DNA of 64,000 bases from Deinococcales bacterium (GTDB taxonomy: Bacteria > Deinococcota > Deinococci > Deinococcales > JAAFIG01), in the NCBI GenBank assembly GCA_031414595.1, contig JANNVX010000018.1:96001-160000 (forward strand), given 5' to 3'. This document shows, one piece after another, positions 1-11,342 of this stretch. The position numbers and the translations under genes were made by a program. Under the pieces are notes generated by a model that was given only the letters and a program-made list of their open reading frames with translations, was not told the origin of the DNA and searched no databases. The number at the start of each line of letters is the position of its first letter. Within the stretch, counting starts at the first letter, position 1.

Positions 1-1
1 T

Positions 2-643
2 GTGTTACCGCTTGTCCCGAGCTACTTGGCGGTACTTGGCGGCGGTACAGGAAAAAAACCAATTGTTGGCGCACTGCTTTTTGTACTTGGTTTTACAATC
101 GTCTTTATTTCTTTTGGCGCAGGGGCGAGTGCTTTGGGCAGTTTAATGCGTCAGAACAAGGATTTACTCGGTCAGATTGGTGGGGCGCTGATTATGATTT
201 TTGGGGTAATTTTTTTAATCAAAGACCGTGTACCGTTTTTGAACCAAGAATATCGTGCTGACCTTGGCACAGCTTCTAAGTTTGGGCTGGTGGCATTGGG
301 GGCGGCGTTTGGTGCGGGTTGGACCCCGTGTATTGGACCGATTCTGGGCGTGATTCTAAGCATTGCTGGCTCGAGTGGAAACTTAGGAACTGGGGTTGGG
401 CTGCTTTTTATTTATTCGCTTGGTTTAGCTATTCCGTTTTTGCTGGCAGCATTGGCATGGGATAAAATTGGCTCGAGATTTAAGACTATCGGGCGGTATG
501 TGGGTGTGGTTGAAAAAATTAGTGGGGTATTGCTGATTGTGGCTGGCTTACTACTGGTGACTGGTAATTATGCCGAGCTTGGACGGCAACTCCAAGCCAT
601 CACTCCGACTTGGTTACTCGATTTTGAACGCAGCTTAAAGTAA
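2..643 (+). CDS. ccdA: Cytochrome c biogenesis protein CcdA (DsbD transmembrane domain), 5'-truncated by window edge
   Basis: Hydrophobic ORF with LPLVPSYL following the first (cut-off) Cys and the AFGAGWTPCIGPILG motif; YSLGLAIPFL. Confidence 0.9.
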   Translation: MLPLVPSYLAVLGGGTGKKPIVGALLFVLGFTIVFISFGAGASALGSLMRQNKDLLGQIGGALIMIFGVIFLIKDRVPFLNQEYRADLGTASKFGLVALGAAFGAGWTPCIGPILGVILSIAGSSGNLGTGVGLLFIYSLGLAIPFLLAALAWDKIGSRFKTIGRYVGVVEKISGVLLIVAGLLLVTGNYAELGRQLQAITPTWLLDFERSLK

Positions 644-786
644 TGATGTGGTTTTCAGATTAAAATCATTGATGAAAATTTCAAAAATATTTTTCAATCT
701 TTTATTCATGTTTTACATGATTGCCTGTGCTTTTCTGGTTAAACCGAGAATTCGCTCGGGATAAACTTAATTCAAACAGGAGCAAC

Positions 787-1506
787 ATGAATCTCAAAAG
801 AGCTTTTTTATTAACTGTCACCGCCCTAGGTCTCTCAAGCGCAGCTTTGGCAGATGGCTTTAGTGCCACCTTGGAAGTGCCAATAGTGCCTACTTTTTCG
901 GCTAAACTGGGCTTAAATTACAGCCTTGAAGTCAGCCCGAACCTGTTTATCGGTGGCAGTCTTAACTCAACAATTACGCCCGGTGCGACCAATGTTTTTG
1001 GTTTGACGGCTCGAGTTGGGGCGAAGTACGTGCTGTTGCTCTTAAAAAACAGCACCACTTCAGTCAATGCCTATCTTGGCGCAGGGGTCAATGCTTCGGT
1101 GATACCAGCCCCGTTTACGATTGGATTAGACCTGAATGCGGGTATCAATGCAATCACTGCCATTGGTGGCGGCTTTAAGTTCTATGGTGGGGTTGATGGA
1201 GTCGTTGCCTATGTTTTCACAGGAGGTGCATTTGTGTTTTCGCTTGCGGCTAACGCAGGTGTTTTTTTTGAACCTGTTACCAACCTCGAGTTTCGTTTGC
1301 AAGGCTTGGTCGCTTTGGTTGGTACGGCTGGACTTACGGGCTTTGGATGGGGTGTTGGCAGCAGTTTGTATTATACCATTGTCCCACAATTTAAGGTCGG
1401 TTTAACGGCTGCTTATGGCTCGAGTGGTGCGTTTGTCTTTGGTCTTGGCGCATTATTTGCCGAGAAGCCCGGTACACTTGGAATCGCTGGAAATTACCTC
1501 CCATAA
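787..1506 (+). CDS. Secreted, probable outer-membrane beta-barrel protein
   Basis: AGGAG RBS before ATG 787; signal peptide ending SAALA-D; alternating Gly/hydrophobic beta-strand pattern throughout. Confidence 0.6.
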   Translation: MNLKRAFLLTVTALGLSSAALADGFSATLEVPIVPTFSAKLGLNYSLEVSPNLFIGGSLNSTITPGATNVFGLTARVGAKYVLLLLKNSTTSVNAYLGAGVNASVIPAPFTIGLDLNAGINAITAIGGGFKFYGGVDGVVAYVFTGGAFVFSLAANAGVFFEPVTNLEFRLQGLVALVGTAGLTGFGWGVGSSLYYTIVPQFKVGLTAAYGSSGAFVFGLGALFAEKPGTLGIAGNYLP

Positions 1507-1519
1507 ATTTAAGCCCAAG

Positions 1520-1549
1520 AAAGCGGCGGCTTATGGCTGCTGCTTTTTT
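1520..1549 (+). terminator. Intrinsic terminator
   Basis: AAAGCGGCGGC-TTATG-GCTGCTGCTTTTTT hairpin with T-tract just after stop 1506. Confidence 0.8.
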
Positions 1550-1660
1550 ATGCAGCCAGTTTTGTGACTACAACCTTTTTAAGCTCGAGTGACCCAGCCA
1601 ATAACTTTGAACTTCATGGTTTGCTGGTTTTGAAACTTGGAAATCGGTAAACTAAATCGT

Positions 1661-3322
1661 ATGAACCCACACGATTGGAATTCTGTTGCATCACACTTTG
1701 CTGCTCTCGAGTCTGCCCCATTATCGGCGGCGACCGCCCAAACGTGGTTACAGTCTTGGAGTGATTTAAGCGCCGAGATGACCGAAGCCTATTCTCGAGC
1801 CTACCGTGCCAAAATGGAAAACACGACCGATGCTGCTGCCGAAGCAGTCTATTTGAACTTGGTCGAAAACGTTGTGCCAAATCTTAAAATTGCCGAGAAC
1901 ACCTTGGAAAAACGCTTTGTGGCACTGACCGATTATACCGATGCCCAGACCTTTGAATTTTATAAGCGCACCAAAGCCAGCTTAGCCATTTTTGCTCAAG
2001 CCAATATTGCCTTGTCAGTCGAAGAAAGCAAATACGAAGTTGAATACGATAAACTCATCGGTGACATCAATATCCAAATTCGCGGTCAGGAACTAACACT
2101 GTATGGTGCTTGGGCTAAGTTACTCGAGCCAGACCAAACTTTGCGCCAAGAAGTTTACACCGCACTGATGGCAGCATGGCAAAAAATCCGTCCTCAACTC
2201 GAGAAGATGTTCTTAGAATTGCTGTCTTTACGGCGGCAAATTGCTACAAATGCTGGTTTTGCCAATTACCGAGAATTTATTTGGCAAGCCAAAGCGCGGT
2301 TTGATTACACCCCCGCAGATTGCCTTGAGTTTCACCAAAGCATTAAAAAAATTGTTGTGCCAATCGCTGCCAAAGCCTTTGCCAAACGCCGTCAAACCAT
2401 GCAACTCGAGACACTGCGCCCGTGGGATACATCCGTTGACCCAAGCGGACTCGAGCCGTTGCGACCTTTTGCAAATGTCGGTCAACTGATTGACCAAAGT
2501 TCAAAAATTTTCTCGAGTTTATCCCCAGAATTTGGTGAAATGTTCGACACTATGCGTCAAAAGAACTTGGATTTAGACAGTCGCAAAGGAAAAGGACCCG
2601 GCGGATTCTGCGACTTTTTTAATCAAAGTGGAGAAGCCTATATTTTTATGAATGCAGTTGGTACTCAAGATGATATTCAGACGCTTTTTCACGAAGGCGG
2701 ACATGCTTTTCATGCCTTAGAAAGCCATAAACATCAAAAACTGATTTGGAATTACCACGGACCAATGGAATTTAACGAAGTTGCCAGTATGGGTATGGAA
2801 ATGCTGGCGATGCCATACTTAGAAGCGTCCAAAGGTGGGATGTACACCGCACCAGAAGCCAAACGCGCTCGAGCCGAACACCTTTTTGATGCGGCGGTGG
2901 TGTTCCTGCCATACATGGCGTGTGTGGATGCTTTCCAGCACTGGTTGTATGTGGATGCACCAGATGATGTCAGCATCAGCGCCATCAATGCAAAATGGGC
3001 AGAACTTTACTCGAGTTTCTTACCGCATTTAGATTTTAGTGGTATCGAAGATGGAATGGCATTTCGTTGGCAACGCCAAAGCCATATTTTCACAGCCCCG
3101 TTTTATTACATCGAATACGGCATTGCCCAAGTCGGTGCGTTACAAGTTTGGCAGAATGCCGTTGAAAACGAAGCAGAAGCTGTCCAGAAATACCGCCAAG
3201 CGTTGCAACTGGGCAATACAAAAGGCTTAAAAGAACTGTTTGAAACGGCTGGACTGACATTGCGGTTTGACTCGAGCCACTTAGCGAGTTTAATGCAATT
3301 GGTTGAAGCTGCCCTCGAGTGA
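1661..3322 (+). CDS. M3-family oligoendopeptidase F
   Basis: HEGGH zinc motif, [18 protein letters not shown]; probable leaderless start (TAAACT 7 nt upstream of ATG 1661). Confidence 0.9.
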   Translation: MNPHDWNSVASHFAALESAPLSAATAQTWLQSWSDLSAEMTEAYSRAYRAKMENTTDAAAEAVYLNLVENVVPNLKIAENTLEKRFVALTDYTDAQTFEFYKRTKASLAIFAQANIALSVEESKYEVEYDKLIGDINIQIRGQELTLYGAWAKLLEPDQTLRQEVYTALMAAWQKIRPQLEKMFLELLSLRRQIATNAGFANYREFIWQAKARFDYTPADCLEFHQSIKKIVVPIAAKAFAKRRQTMQLETLRPWDTSVDPSGLEPLRPFANVGQLIDQSSKIFSSLSPEFGEMFDTMRQKNLDLDSRKGKGPGGFCDFFNQSGEAYIFMNAVGTQDDIQTLFHEGGHAFHALESHKHQKLIWNYHGPMEFNEVASMGMEMLAMPYLEASKGGMYTAPEAKRARAEHLFDAAVVFLPYMACVDAFQHWLYVDAPDDVSISAINAKWAELYSSFLPHLDFSGIEDGMAFRWQRQSHIFTAPFYYIEYGIAQVGALQVWQNAVENEAEAVQKYRQALQLGNTKGLKELFETAGLTLRFDSSHLASLMQLVEAALE

Positions 3323-4309
3323 TGCGGGTACTCGAGTGGGTTTCCTAAATTCAATATCCTCTGGTTCGCCACCATCTTCTCGCACAATCAAATTGGGGTT
3401 CTGAGCGCGTAGAAATTCCACAATGCCCCAAACCAAATCGTCTGGTGTGCTGGCGGCACTGGTAATCCCCACGGCTTTCACACCATCGAGCCATTCGCTT
3501 TTGATGTCACTGGCACTGTCCACGCGGTATGCCTCGGCGGTGATTTCTTCAGCTAGTTCGACCAAGCGCATTCCGTTACTTGAAGTCAGGCTCGAAACAA
3601 CCAAGAACAAATCCACTTGTGGGGCAATGATTTTCACGGCTGCCTGACGGTTTTTGGTGGCGTAACACAAGTCGCTTCTCGAGGGGATGGTTAGGTTCGG
3701 AAAGCGTTTTTTGAGAATCTCCACGGTTTTATCGGTGTCATCTACACTTAAAGTTGTTTGGGTTAACACAATGCACTTATTGGGGTCTGGGACTTCTACG
3801 GTCTGTGGGTCTTGCATTTTTTGGTCGGCTTTGCGGTTTCCCACGACGTTGACCAGAATTGTGTTGTCTGGGGCTTCGCCAAATGTTCCAATAATTTCTT
3901 GGTGCTGGCTCGAGTCGCCAATCAGTAAAATGCTGTAACCCATACCAGCATAGCGTTTAGATTCAGAATGCACCTTAGTGACCAATGGACAAGTTGCGTC
4001 CAGTGTGGTCAAACCGCGTTTATTTGCCTCCTCACGCACTTTAGGCGAAATGCCATGAGCGCTAAAGACCACGGTTGTCCCCTGACCGCTCATCCCCTCG
4101 AGTTCGGCTAAATCCTCTACAAAACGCACGTTATGCTCTGCCTCGAGACGATTTACCACTGTTTGATTATGGACAATCGCGTGATAGGCAATGATGTCGC
4201 CTTCGTTACTGGCTTTGTTTTCTAAGGCAGCATCTTTCAGGGCATCAATTGCCATGACCACCCCAGCACAGTAGCCACGCGGACGAGCCAGAATTACAGT
4301 CTCTATCAT
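3290..4309 (-). CDS. ispH: 4-hydroxy-3-methylbut-2-enyl diphosphate reductase
   Basis: [39 protein letters not shown] motifs; start set at MIETVILA. Confidence 0.95.
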   Translation of the reverse strand: MIETVILARPRGYCAGVVMAIDALKDAALENKASNEGDIIAYHAIVHNQTVVNRLEAEHNVRFVEDLAELEGMSGQGTTVVFSAHGISPKVREEANKRGLTTLDATCPLVTKVHSESKRYAGMGYSILLIGDSSQHQEIIGTFGEAPDNTILVNVVGNRKADQKMQDPQTVEVPDPNKCIVLTQTTLSVDDTDKTVEILKKRFPNLTIPSRSDLCYATKNRQAAVKIIAPQVDLFLVVSSLTSSNGMRLVELAEEITAEAYRVDSASDIKSEWLDGVKAVGITSAASTPDDLVWGIVEFLRAQNPNLIVREDGGEPEDIEFRKPTRVPASLEGSFNQLH

Positions 4310-4367
4310 GATTTTACAATAACGCTTGTGGTTAAGACAGGTGTCTCGAGTGAGCAAATCCAAGCTC

Positions 4368-4431
4368 TTGATTTTTCAAATAAATAGTGCTACATTCTGA
4401 GTTAGTTCACAATCTAAATTAACTAACTCAG
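4368..4431 (+). promoter_or_regulatory. Sigma-70-type promoter followed by ROK-repressor operator
   Basis: TTGATT(4368)-17-TACATT(4391) with TG extension; inverted repeat CTGAGTTAGTT-N13-AACTAACTCAG at 4397-4431, resembling XylR/ROK operators. Confidence 0.7.
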
Positions 4432-4440
4432 GAGACTGGC

Positions 4441-5637
4441 ATGATAGTCAAAGGCGATCCAAGCGCCCTCAGAACCATGAACCGCACTAGCATCTTGCGT
4501 ATTTTGCGGCGGGTTGGACCAATTAGCCGCACTCAACTTGCTGAGCTAACTGGTTTGAGTCCAGCCTCGGTCAGTGGGGTCACAGCCGAACTGATTGCCG
4601 AAAAACTTCTGGTTGAACAAAGTATTGGCGAAGCTGGCTCGAGTGGTGGAAGGCGACCCATTTTTATTAACATTGACTACTCGGCGCACTTTGCGATTGG
4701 CTTAAAACTCTCCGAGCATCGGCTTGAGGCTGTGCTAACCGATTTGTCCTTGAAAGTCCTGACGCATCTTACTGAAGACCTCACCGAACACGACCCAATT
4801 CGAGTCACAATGCAAATAGCCGCCCTTTGTAAAAAACTGTATAAACGGGCGAAGGTTTCACCCGACGACCTGATTGGCATTGGCATTGGGCTTTCGGGTG
4901 TCATAGATGCAGTGAATGGTATTGCTGTTCATGCGCCGTTGTTGGGTTGGAAGCAGATAAAAATAGCCGAGATGGTCAGTCAAAAAACCAATTTACCAAG
5001 CTGGATAGACAATGATGTCAATTCTTTTGCGGCGGCTGAACGGCTTTTTGGTCATGCTAAACACGCCAATAGTTTTATTGCTGTCGCCATCGGGCGTGGT
5101 CTTGGTGCAGCCATCATTTGCAACGGCGAAATTCACCGTGGGCGCGATGGTGGGGCTGGCGAATTTGGGCATAATAAAATTCTGCTTAACGGACGGACTT
5201 GTAGTTGTGGCAGACAAGGTTGTTTGGAAGCCTACACCACCGAACCAGCGCTTTTGGGACTTTTTCTTGAACGTTTCCCAGAACACCGAGGAATAAGCAT
5301 TCCAGATTTGGTACAACTGGCAAACGCACAACACCAAGGCGCAATTTCTGTACTCGAGACGGCGGGGGCTTTACTAGGGCAGCATATTTCTTATTTGGTC
5401 AATGCCTTTAACCCAGAACTGATTGTCTTTGGTGGCGAAGGTGCAGAACTCGGCGATGCCTTTTTTGAACCGATGCGCCAAAGTCTGCGTAGTCTAGCCT
5501 TCGATGGTCTAGCGACTGAATTACCCTTAATTGTTGTGCCGTGGGCAAATGATGACTTTACACCGTGGGCGCAAGGTGCTGCTAGTTTAGCAGTCCAACA
5601 CGCATTTGATACAGGAGTGCTACTCAAAAACGCCTAG
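4441..5637 (+). CDS. ROK family transcriptional repressor
   Basis: N-terminal HTH (ISRTQLAELTGLSPASVS), DNDVN, GEFGH, CSCGRQGCLE. Confidence 0.93.
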   Translation: MIVKGDPSALRTMNRTSILRILRRVGPISRTQLAELTGLSPASVSGVTAELIAEKLLVEQSIGEAGSSGGRRPIFINIDYSAHFAIGLKLSEHRLEAVLTDLSLKVLTHLTEDLTEHDPIRVTMQIAALCKKLYKRAKVSPDDLIGIGIGLSGVIDAVNGIAVHAPLLGWKQIKIAEMVSQKTNLPSWIDNDVNSFAAAERLFGHAKHANSFIAVAIGRGLGAAIICNGEIHRGRDGGAGEFGHNKILLNGRTCSCGRQGCLEAYTTEPALLGLFLERFPEHRGISIPDLVQLANAQHQGAISVLETAGALLGQHISYLVNAFNPELIVFGGEGAELGDAFFEPMRQSLRSLAFDGLATELPLIVVPWANDDFTPWAQGAASLAVQHAFDTGVLLKNA

Positions 5638-5741
5638 ACCTTAAGACTCAAAACCGATTCTCGAGTACGAACCGTATCGTAACTCGCTTTAGAAAATACG
5701 CCCCGAAACCCTTCGCCCTCATTCTATTAGGAGACTCAATC

Positions 5742-7007
5742 ATGAACAAAAAAATTCGTTATACCGCCCTAGCTGCTTTTGCTGTACTTGCGCCCATTGG
5801 TTTAATGGCAGAAGCCCAAAGTAAAAGAGTCGTGTTTTTATCGGTTCAAAACGCCACTGAAGGCTTTACTGGTGTGATTGGTAAACTGGCTGCCGAGTAC
5901 AGCAAACAAAACACCAATGTGGCATATGAATACCAAAATGCACCGCAAGCCGACCTTGCCCAAAAATTGCAATTATTGACTGCCAGTAACAGCCTACCGA
6001 CCATGTACAATGTGGCAGAACCAAGCCTGCTGATGCAGTTAGCCGAAAAAGGACAAGCTGCCGACATTGAAGAATTATTTAAGCAATACGGTATCTTTGA
6101 TAAACTGAACCCTGCGGCTGTGGCATTGCAAAAATCAATTACTGGTGGAAAATTACTTGGGCTGCCGCTCGAGTTAAATATTGAAGGAATCTGGTACAAC
6201 AAAAAACTCTTTGCTGACAATGGCATCAAAGAACCGACCACATGGGATGCGATGATGGCAGCCGCCGCCAAGTTCAAAACGGCTGGGATTCAACCCTTTG
6301 CGGCGAGCGGCGAACAAAAATGGCCCATCACCCGTTTAATCAATGGTTATGTCGCCCGTAAGTACGGTGCAGATGCAATGGCTCGAGTTGCCAAAGGCGA
6401 ATTAAAAGTCACCGATGCCGGATTTGTCGAAGCCGCTAGAGCCGTACAGGACATGGGTAAAAAAGGTTACTTTGGCGCGGGAGTCAACACCCTTGATTAC
6501 GGTAGCGCTCAGGATTTATTCCTCCAAGGCAAAGCCGCCATGTTCTACATGGGTTCTTGGGCATTGGGCAGCTTAAACGACCCGAAGCAAAATAAAATCG
6601 GTGCGGAAAACGTCGGCTTTTTTAACTTCCCAACAGTGCGCGGCGGCAAAGGTACACGCAACGAATGGTCGTTAAATACGGGTATTGCCACCGCAATTAA
6701 CCCAAAGCAAAACGATGCGGCACTCGGTGCATGGCTCAAGTATGTTTTTAGCAACTACGGTGAACGCGCCCTAACCGACAATGGACAGATTTCTGGTTTT
6801 AAGGTCGCTAAACTCCCCGCTAACTTGCCCGCTTTAACCAAAGCAACCTTGGCTAAACTTGGTGCAGCCAAGAATGCCTACTTGTGGTTTGAAGCGAAAT
6901 TTAGCAATAAGGCTTCCTCGGTGGCTGGTGACAATGTGCAATTGCTGGTGACAGGCGACATGACCCCAGAAAACTATCTGGCAGAATTACAAAAAGCCTT
7001 GAACTAA
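5742..7007 (+). CDS. Sugar ABC transporter substrate-binding protein
   Basis: Signal peptide; WYNKKLF, PTTWD, FLQGKAAM motifs; upstream of two CUT1 permeases. Confidence 0.9.
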   Translation: MNKKIRYTALAAFAVLAPIGLMAEAQSKRVVFLSVQNATEGFTGVIGKLAAEYSKQNTNVAYEYQNAPQADLAQKLQLLTASNSLPTMYNVAEPSLLMQLAEKGQAADIEELFKQYGIFDKLNPAAVALQKSITGGKLLGLPLELNIEGIWYNKKLFADNGIKEPTTWDAMMAAAAKFKTAGIQPFAASGEQKWPITRLINGYVARKYGADAMARVAKGELKVTDAGFVEAARAVQDMGKKGYFGAGVNTLDYGSAQDLFLQGKAAMFYMGSWALGSLNDPKQNKIGAENVGFFNFPTVRGGKGTRNEWSLNTGIATAINPKQNDAALGAWLKYVFSNYGERALTDNGQISGFKVAKLPANLPALTKATLAKLGAAKNAYLWFEAKFSNKASSVAGDNVQLLVTGDMTPENYLAELQKALN

Positions 7008-7017
7008 ACCGAACCTA

Positions 7018-7041
7018 GGGCGGTGTCAAAGCCGCCCATTT
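7018..7041 (+). terminator. Intercistronic stem-loop (mRNA stabiliser or partial terminator)
   Basis: GGGCGGT-GTCAAA-GCCGCCC-ATTT directly after the SBP stop. Confidence 0.5.
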
Positions 7042-7063
7042 ATGCTCGAGAACGGAGGTTGTC

Positions 7064-7948
7064 ATGCAGGGAACGTTGCGCGATTGGAAAGCCGTTCTGG
7101 TTTTTGTCGGTCCAGCTTTGCTGATTTACACCATCATTTTACTTGTTCCGATTGTCTGGTCGGTTGGTTATACTTTTTTTTCAGGTTCACCGTTGGCTGG
7201 CTTTAAGTTTGTGGGTTTGGATAATTATGGACAAATTTGGCAGGATCAAAAATTCAAGGAAGCCCTTTGGTTTGGTACAAAATATGCGGCGGTGGTCAGT
7301 CTTGGACAGGTAATTTTAGGTTTGTTACTGGCGATGCTGTATATGTTTTATTTGCGTAAATCCTCGGTTTTGATTCGCACCCTCGTTTTTTTGCCTGTGG
7401 TCTTACCAACTGTAGCAAGCGCCCAGATGTTCGCTAAACTTTTTGCGATAGCACCGCAGTACGGGCTGGTCAATAGCCTGCTACAAGGTCTTGGTCTCGA
7501 GTCTTGGGTGCAGGGCTTTCTTGGACAGGCAAACAGTGCTTTTTGGGTGATTGCCGCCATGGACATTTGGAAAGCCATGGGCTTTTATGCAGTGCTGCTG
7601 TTTGCTGGTTTGGTTGAAATCCCCGAAGAAGTCTTAGAGGCAGCCCGAATAGATGGAGCGCAGGGTTGGACGTTATCAAGGTTTGTGGTCATGCCGTTGC
7701 TGATGCCAATTATCATCTCGAGCCTGATTTTTAGCTTAAATGGCACACTCAAGGTTTTTGATTCCATTCTGGCTTTAACGGGTGGCGGACCGGGTACAAC
7801 CACCATGCCCTTAACGCTATACATGTATAAAGTCTCGTTTACCTATAACGATTATGGGTACGGCTCTACTGTGGCATTGACCTTGGCGGTACAGTGCGTA
7901 CTGGTGACGCTGTTGGTACTCTGGCGGTCAAGAAAAGGACAAAGCTAA
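7064..7948 (+). CDS. Sugar ABC transporter permease (MalF-like)
   Basis: FVGLDNY; EAARIDGA EAA loop. Confidence 0.92.
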   Translation: MQGTLRDWKAVLVFVGPALLIYTIILLVPIVWSVGYTFFSGSPLAGFKFVGLDNYGQIWQDQKFKEALWFGTKYAAVVSLGQVILGLLLAMLYMFYLRKSSVLIRTLVFLPVVLPTVASAQMFAKLFAIAPQYGLVNSLLQGLGLESWVQGFLGQANSAFWVIAAMDIWKAMGFYAVLLFAGLVEIPEEVLEAARIDGAQGWTLSRFVVMPLLMPIIISSLIFSLNGTLKVFDSILALTGGGPGTTTMPLTLYMYKVSFTYNDYGYGSTVALTLAVQCVLVTLLVLWRSRKGQS

Positions 7949-8802
7949 TGCGAAACTCGAGACAAAAAAGTATTTTACAACACCTGAGCAATATCCCCGT
8001 TCTTGCTTTGGTCTTGCTGGCGGTGTTGGTCAGTGTTTATCCTGTCTTTTGGATTTTTATCTCGAGCCTTAAAGGGGTCGAAGAATTTTCAGGAAGCCCG
8101 ATGTGGGCGTTACCCAAGGAATTGCACTGGGAAAACTATGCTAGAGCTTGGACAGAAGGGAAAATGAGTACCTATTTTTTGAATAGTATCCTCACGGTTG
8201 TGCCTTCCTTAACTTTGGTGGTGCTGCTTGGGGTCAGTGCAGCTTTTGGGATTGAAATTATGCAATGGCGTTTTGCCAACCTGACCACATTGGTTTTTTT
8301 GACCGCAATTATGGTCCCACTGCAAATTGTGATTCTGCCGCTTTTTACGATGTACTTTGCGACCCGTTTACTGAATACCCATCTGGCATTGATTATCACG
8401 TATGTAGCCTTTGGCTTGCCGCTGGTGGTGTTTTTTATGACTGGCTACTTTAAGACCTTCTCGAGAGAAGTGATTGAAGCGGCAATTATGGACGGCGCGA
8501 GTATTTACCAAGTCTTTTTTAAGATTGCCCTGCCAATGGTGATGAATGCTGTGGTGACGGTGGCATTGGTACAATTCTTTTTTATGTGGAATGACTTGTT
8601 GGTTTCCTTAACCTTTACCACCAGCCCAGATATGCGAACCGTTCAATCGGGCTTACTGAATTTTGTCGGGCAATACGGGCAGCGAGAATGGGGTCCAACC
8701 TTTGCTTCGGTGGCAATTACGGTTGCTCCAACTGTGTTGGTTTACTTATTCCTCAATCAATTGGTGATGAAAGGACTTGCTTCTGGCGCGGTGAAAGGAT
8801 GA
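7948..8802 (+). CDS. Sugar ABC transporter permease (MalG-like)
   Basis: EAAIMDGA loop, WND, C-terminal GAVKG; TAATG coupling at 7946-7950. Confidence 0.92.
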   Translation: MRNSRQKSILQHLSNIPVLALVLLAVLVSVYPVFWIFISSLKGVEEFSGSPMWALPKELHWENYARAWTEGKMSTYFLNSILTVVPSLTLVVLLGVSAAFGIEIMQWRFANLTTLVFLTAIMVPLQIVILPLFTMYFATRLLNTHLALIITYVAFGLPLVVFFMTGYFKTFSREVIEAAIMDGASIYQVFFKIALPMVMNAVVTVALVQFFFMWNDLLVSLTFTTSPDMRTVQSGLLNFVGQYGQREWGPTFASVAITVAPTVLVYLFLNQLVMKGLASGAVKG

Positions 8803-11342
8803 ATAGCGACTGGCAGAACTCGAGTTTAGTTGCTGAACAAGTCAAAATTTTACTCGAGCAGTTGAGTTTAGAAGATAAAATCCGTTTGGTCAGTGGGCAA
8901 TTTATCCGTGGTAGTACAGTAAAACCACTATCTGACTTACCACTGTTTAATATGGCAGATGGTCCTGCGGGTATTCGCACCTCACCCGATGCCACCACTG
9001 CCACGAGTAGCACTGCCTTACCCGCACCGATTGCTTTAGCTGCCACTTGGAGTACAGAGTTAGCCACCAAGTACGGTCATCTACTTGGACTCGAGGCGAA
9101 ACTGACTGGGCATAATGTGCTGCTTGGTCCTGCCATAGATTTGGCTCGAACGCCACTGGCTGGACGTACTTTTGAATCGTTTGGCGAAGACCCCTTGTTG
9201 CAGTCGCGCATGGTTGTCCCCGAGGTACAAGCCATTCAAGCCCATGGGGTTCAAGCCAGCTTAAAGCACTTTATTGTCAATAACCAAGAGCATGACCGCA
9301 ATTCTATAAACGTGATGGTAGACCAACGCAGCCTCTTTGAAATCTATTTACCGCCGTTTGAAGCCGCAATTCGCCTTGGTGGGGCTGCTTCGGTGATGGC
9401 AAGTTACAACCGTGTGAATGATCAATTTGCTTGTGATAACCAAGATATTCTCTCAAAGATTCTGCGTGACCAACTTGGTTTTCGTGGCTGGGTGATCAGT
9501 GACTTTCTGGCGAATCACAGCACTGCTAAATCCGCCAATGCTGGGCTGGATTGGGAATTGACCATGCCACATGCCAGTCAATGGCGCTCCCATTTACTCG
9601 AGGCAGTGAAAAACGCAGAAGTTTCACTCGAGACCTTAAATGAAATGGTTCGCAGAATTTTACGTCCAACCATTGGTTTGGGAATGCTCGAGTCTGGGTT
9701 TGAGCAATTGATTTTAACCCATGACCATGCGGCGGTGGCGCTCGAGATTGCTGAACAAAGCATGGTGTTACTTAAAAACGTCAATCACTTATTACCGCTT
9801 TCGACTGACAAAATTAAAAGTATTGCGGTGATTGGTGCAGATGCCGATACCGTTTCGGCGGCGGGTGGCGGCAGCGCTTTGGTGCAACCTCTGCGTGAAA
9901 TTTCAGTGCTTGATGGCATTAAAACTCGGGTTGGCTCGGGGGTAAAGGTTCTGTACGCGGCTGGCACAGATGCCATTGGTGCGGGGGTACTGCTGCATGG
10001 TGACAACTGCATTCCATCGTCAGTCCTCAAGCAAGCCGATGGAAGACAGGGTTTACTGGCACAATACTGGAATAACCTCGATTCTACGGGTGAACCCGTT
10101 ATCACTCGGATTGAACCGAATATCGAATTTATTCGTGGTTTTTTTGATTTTCCCGGTTTTCAAATCAGTGCCGCTTCGCATCACCTCGAGTTTTTTCCAA
10201 TGGCGGTTGAACCTATTTTTTCGGCTTGCTGGACTGGGTTTTTCATACCTCCTATGACTGGAGAGTATGCCCTGTCCATCACTTGTGCGGGTCGAGCAAA
10301 ATTATTTATTGACCAAGAGCGATTACTCGAGGTACAAAGTCAACTTAAACTTCATGCTGACGCATTGCACTGGGACGGCTCTGGAGCAGCTTTTCAGAGT
10401 CAAACCATGCAGCTTATTGCTGGGCAAAAATACGCAATTCGCCTCGAGTACGCTTCAGACTTCCCTGAACTTTGTATGCTTTACGGCGCTCAGTTACGGC
10501 TTGGTTGGCAGCCGCCGAAAGGCACACTCACACCAAAAATGCAGCAAGCTGTAGACTTGGCTCGAGTTTCGGATGTGGCAGTTGTGGTGGTGCGTACTTT
10601 TGAATCCGAAGGGCTGGACAGACCAAATTTGCGGCTACCATCAGGGCAGAATGAACTGATTGAGGCTGTCAGTCGTGTCAATCCAAAAACCATTGTGGTG
10701 CTGATGACTGGCTCGAGTGTAGATGTTAGTAATTGGGAAAGCACTGTCCCAGCTATTCTCGAGGCTTGGTATGCAGGGCAAGAACAGGGTAGCGCTGTGG
10801 CTCGGATTTTATTTGGTGATGTTGTCCCATCGGGTAAATTACCAATTACTTTTCCACGTTCCCAAGACCAAATGCCGCCGCTCGAGTATCCGGGAGTTGA
10901 TGGTCAAATAACCTACGCCGAAGGCTTAAACATTGGCTATCGAGGTTACGACCAACACAACATTGAACCGATGTACCCGTTTGGTTTTGGTTTGTCTTAC
11001 ACCAGTTTTTCGTACAGCAACCTAGAAGTTTTGCAAGACACACTTGTCACCATTCAGTTTGACCTCGAGAACACTGGAGCTTATACGGGTATCGAAATTG
11101 CCCAGCTTTACCTCGAGATGCCAGATAACCAAGCACCAAAGAAACTGGCTGGTTTAGCTCGAGTTTGCTTACAGCCACAAGAAAAGCAAACCGTTTGCAT
11201 TTGCCTAGATGCCGATTCGCTCGAGCGCCCATTTTCGATTTGGGATGATGGTTGGAAACGTGTTTTCGGGCAGTACCGCATTTTGGTCGGTGCGTCGTCA
11301 AGGGATATTCTTTTAGAAGGCATCTTAGTGGTGAGTCCATGA
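8799..11342 (+). CDS. GH3 beta-glucosidase with PA14 and Fn3-like domains
   Basis: ADGPAGIR, GRTFESFGEDP, KHF, VISDF nucleophile region, ESEGLDR, YPFGFGLSY; ATGA coupling at 8799. Confidence 0.92.
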   Translation: MNSDWQNSSLVAEQVKILLEQLSLEDKIRLVSGQFIRGSTVKPLSDLPLFNMADGPAGIRTSPDATTATSSTALPAPIALAATWSTELATKYGHLLGLEAKLTGHNVLLGPAIDLARTPLAGRTFESFGEDPLLQSRMVVPEVQAIQAHGVQASLKHFIVNNQEHDRNSINVMVDQRSLFEIYLPPFEAAIRLGGAASVMASYNRVNDQFACDNQDILSKILRDQLGFRGWVISDFLANHSTAKSANAGLDWELTMPHASQWRSHLLEAVKNAEVSLETLNEMVRRILRPTIGLGMLESGFEQLILTHDHAAVALEIAEQSMVLLKNVNHLLPLSTDKIKSIAVIGADADTVSAAGGGSALVQPLREISVLDGIKTRVGSGVKVLYAAGTDAIGAGVLLHGDNCIPSSVLKQADGRQGLLAQYWNNLDSTGEPVITRIEPNIEFIRGFFDFPGFQISAASHHLEFFPMAVEPIFSACWTGFFIPPMTGEYALSITCAGRAKLFIDQERLLEVQSQLKLHADALHWDGSGAAFQSQTMQLIAGQKYAIRLEYASDFPELCMLYGAQLRLGWQPPKGTLTPKMQQAVDLARVSDVAVVVVRTFESEGLDRPNLRLPSGQNELIEAVSRVNPKTIVVLMTGSSVDVSNWESTVPAILEAWYAGQEQGSAVARILFGDVVPSGKLPITFPRSQDQMPPLEYPGVDGQITYAEGLNIGYRGYDQHNIEPMYPFGFGLSYTSFSYSNLEVLQDTLVTIQFDLENTGAYTGIEIAQLYLEMPDNQAPKKLAGLARVCLQPQEKQTVCICLDADSLERPFSIWDDGWKRVFGQYRILVGASSRDILLEGILVVSP

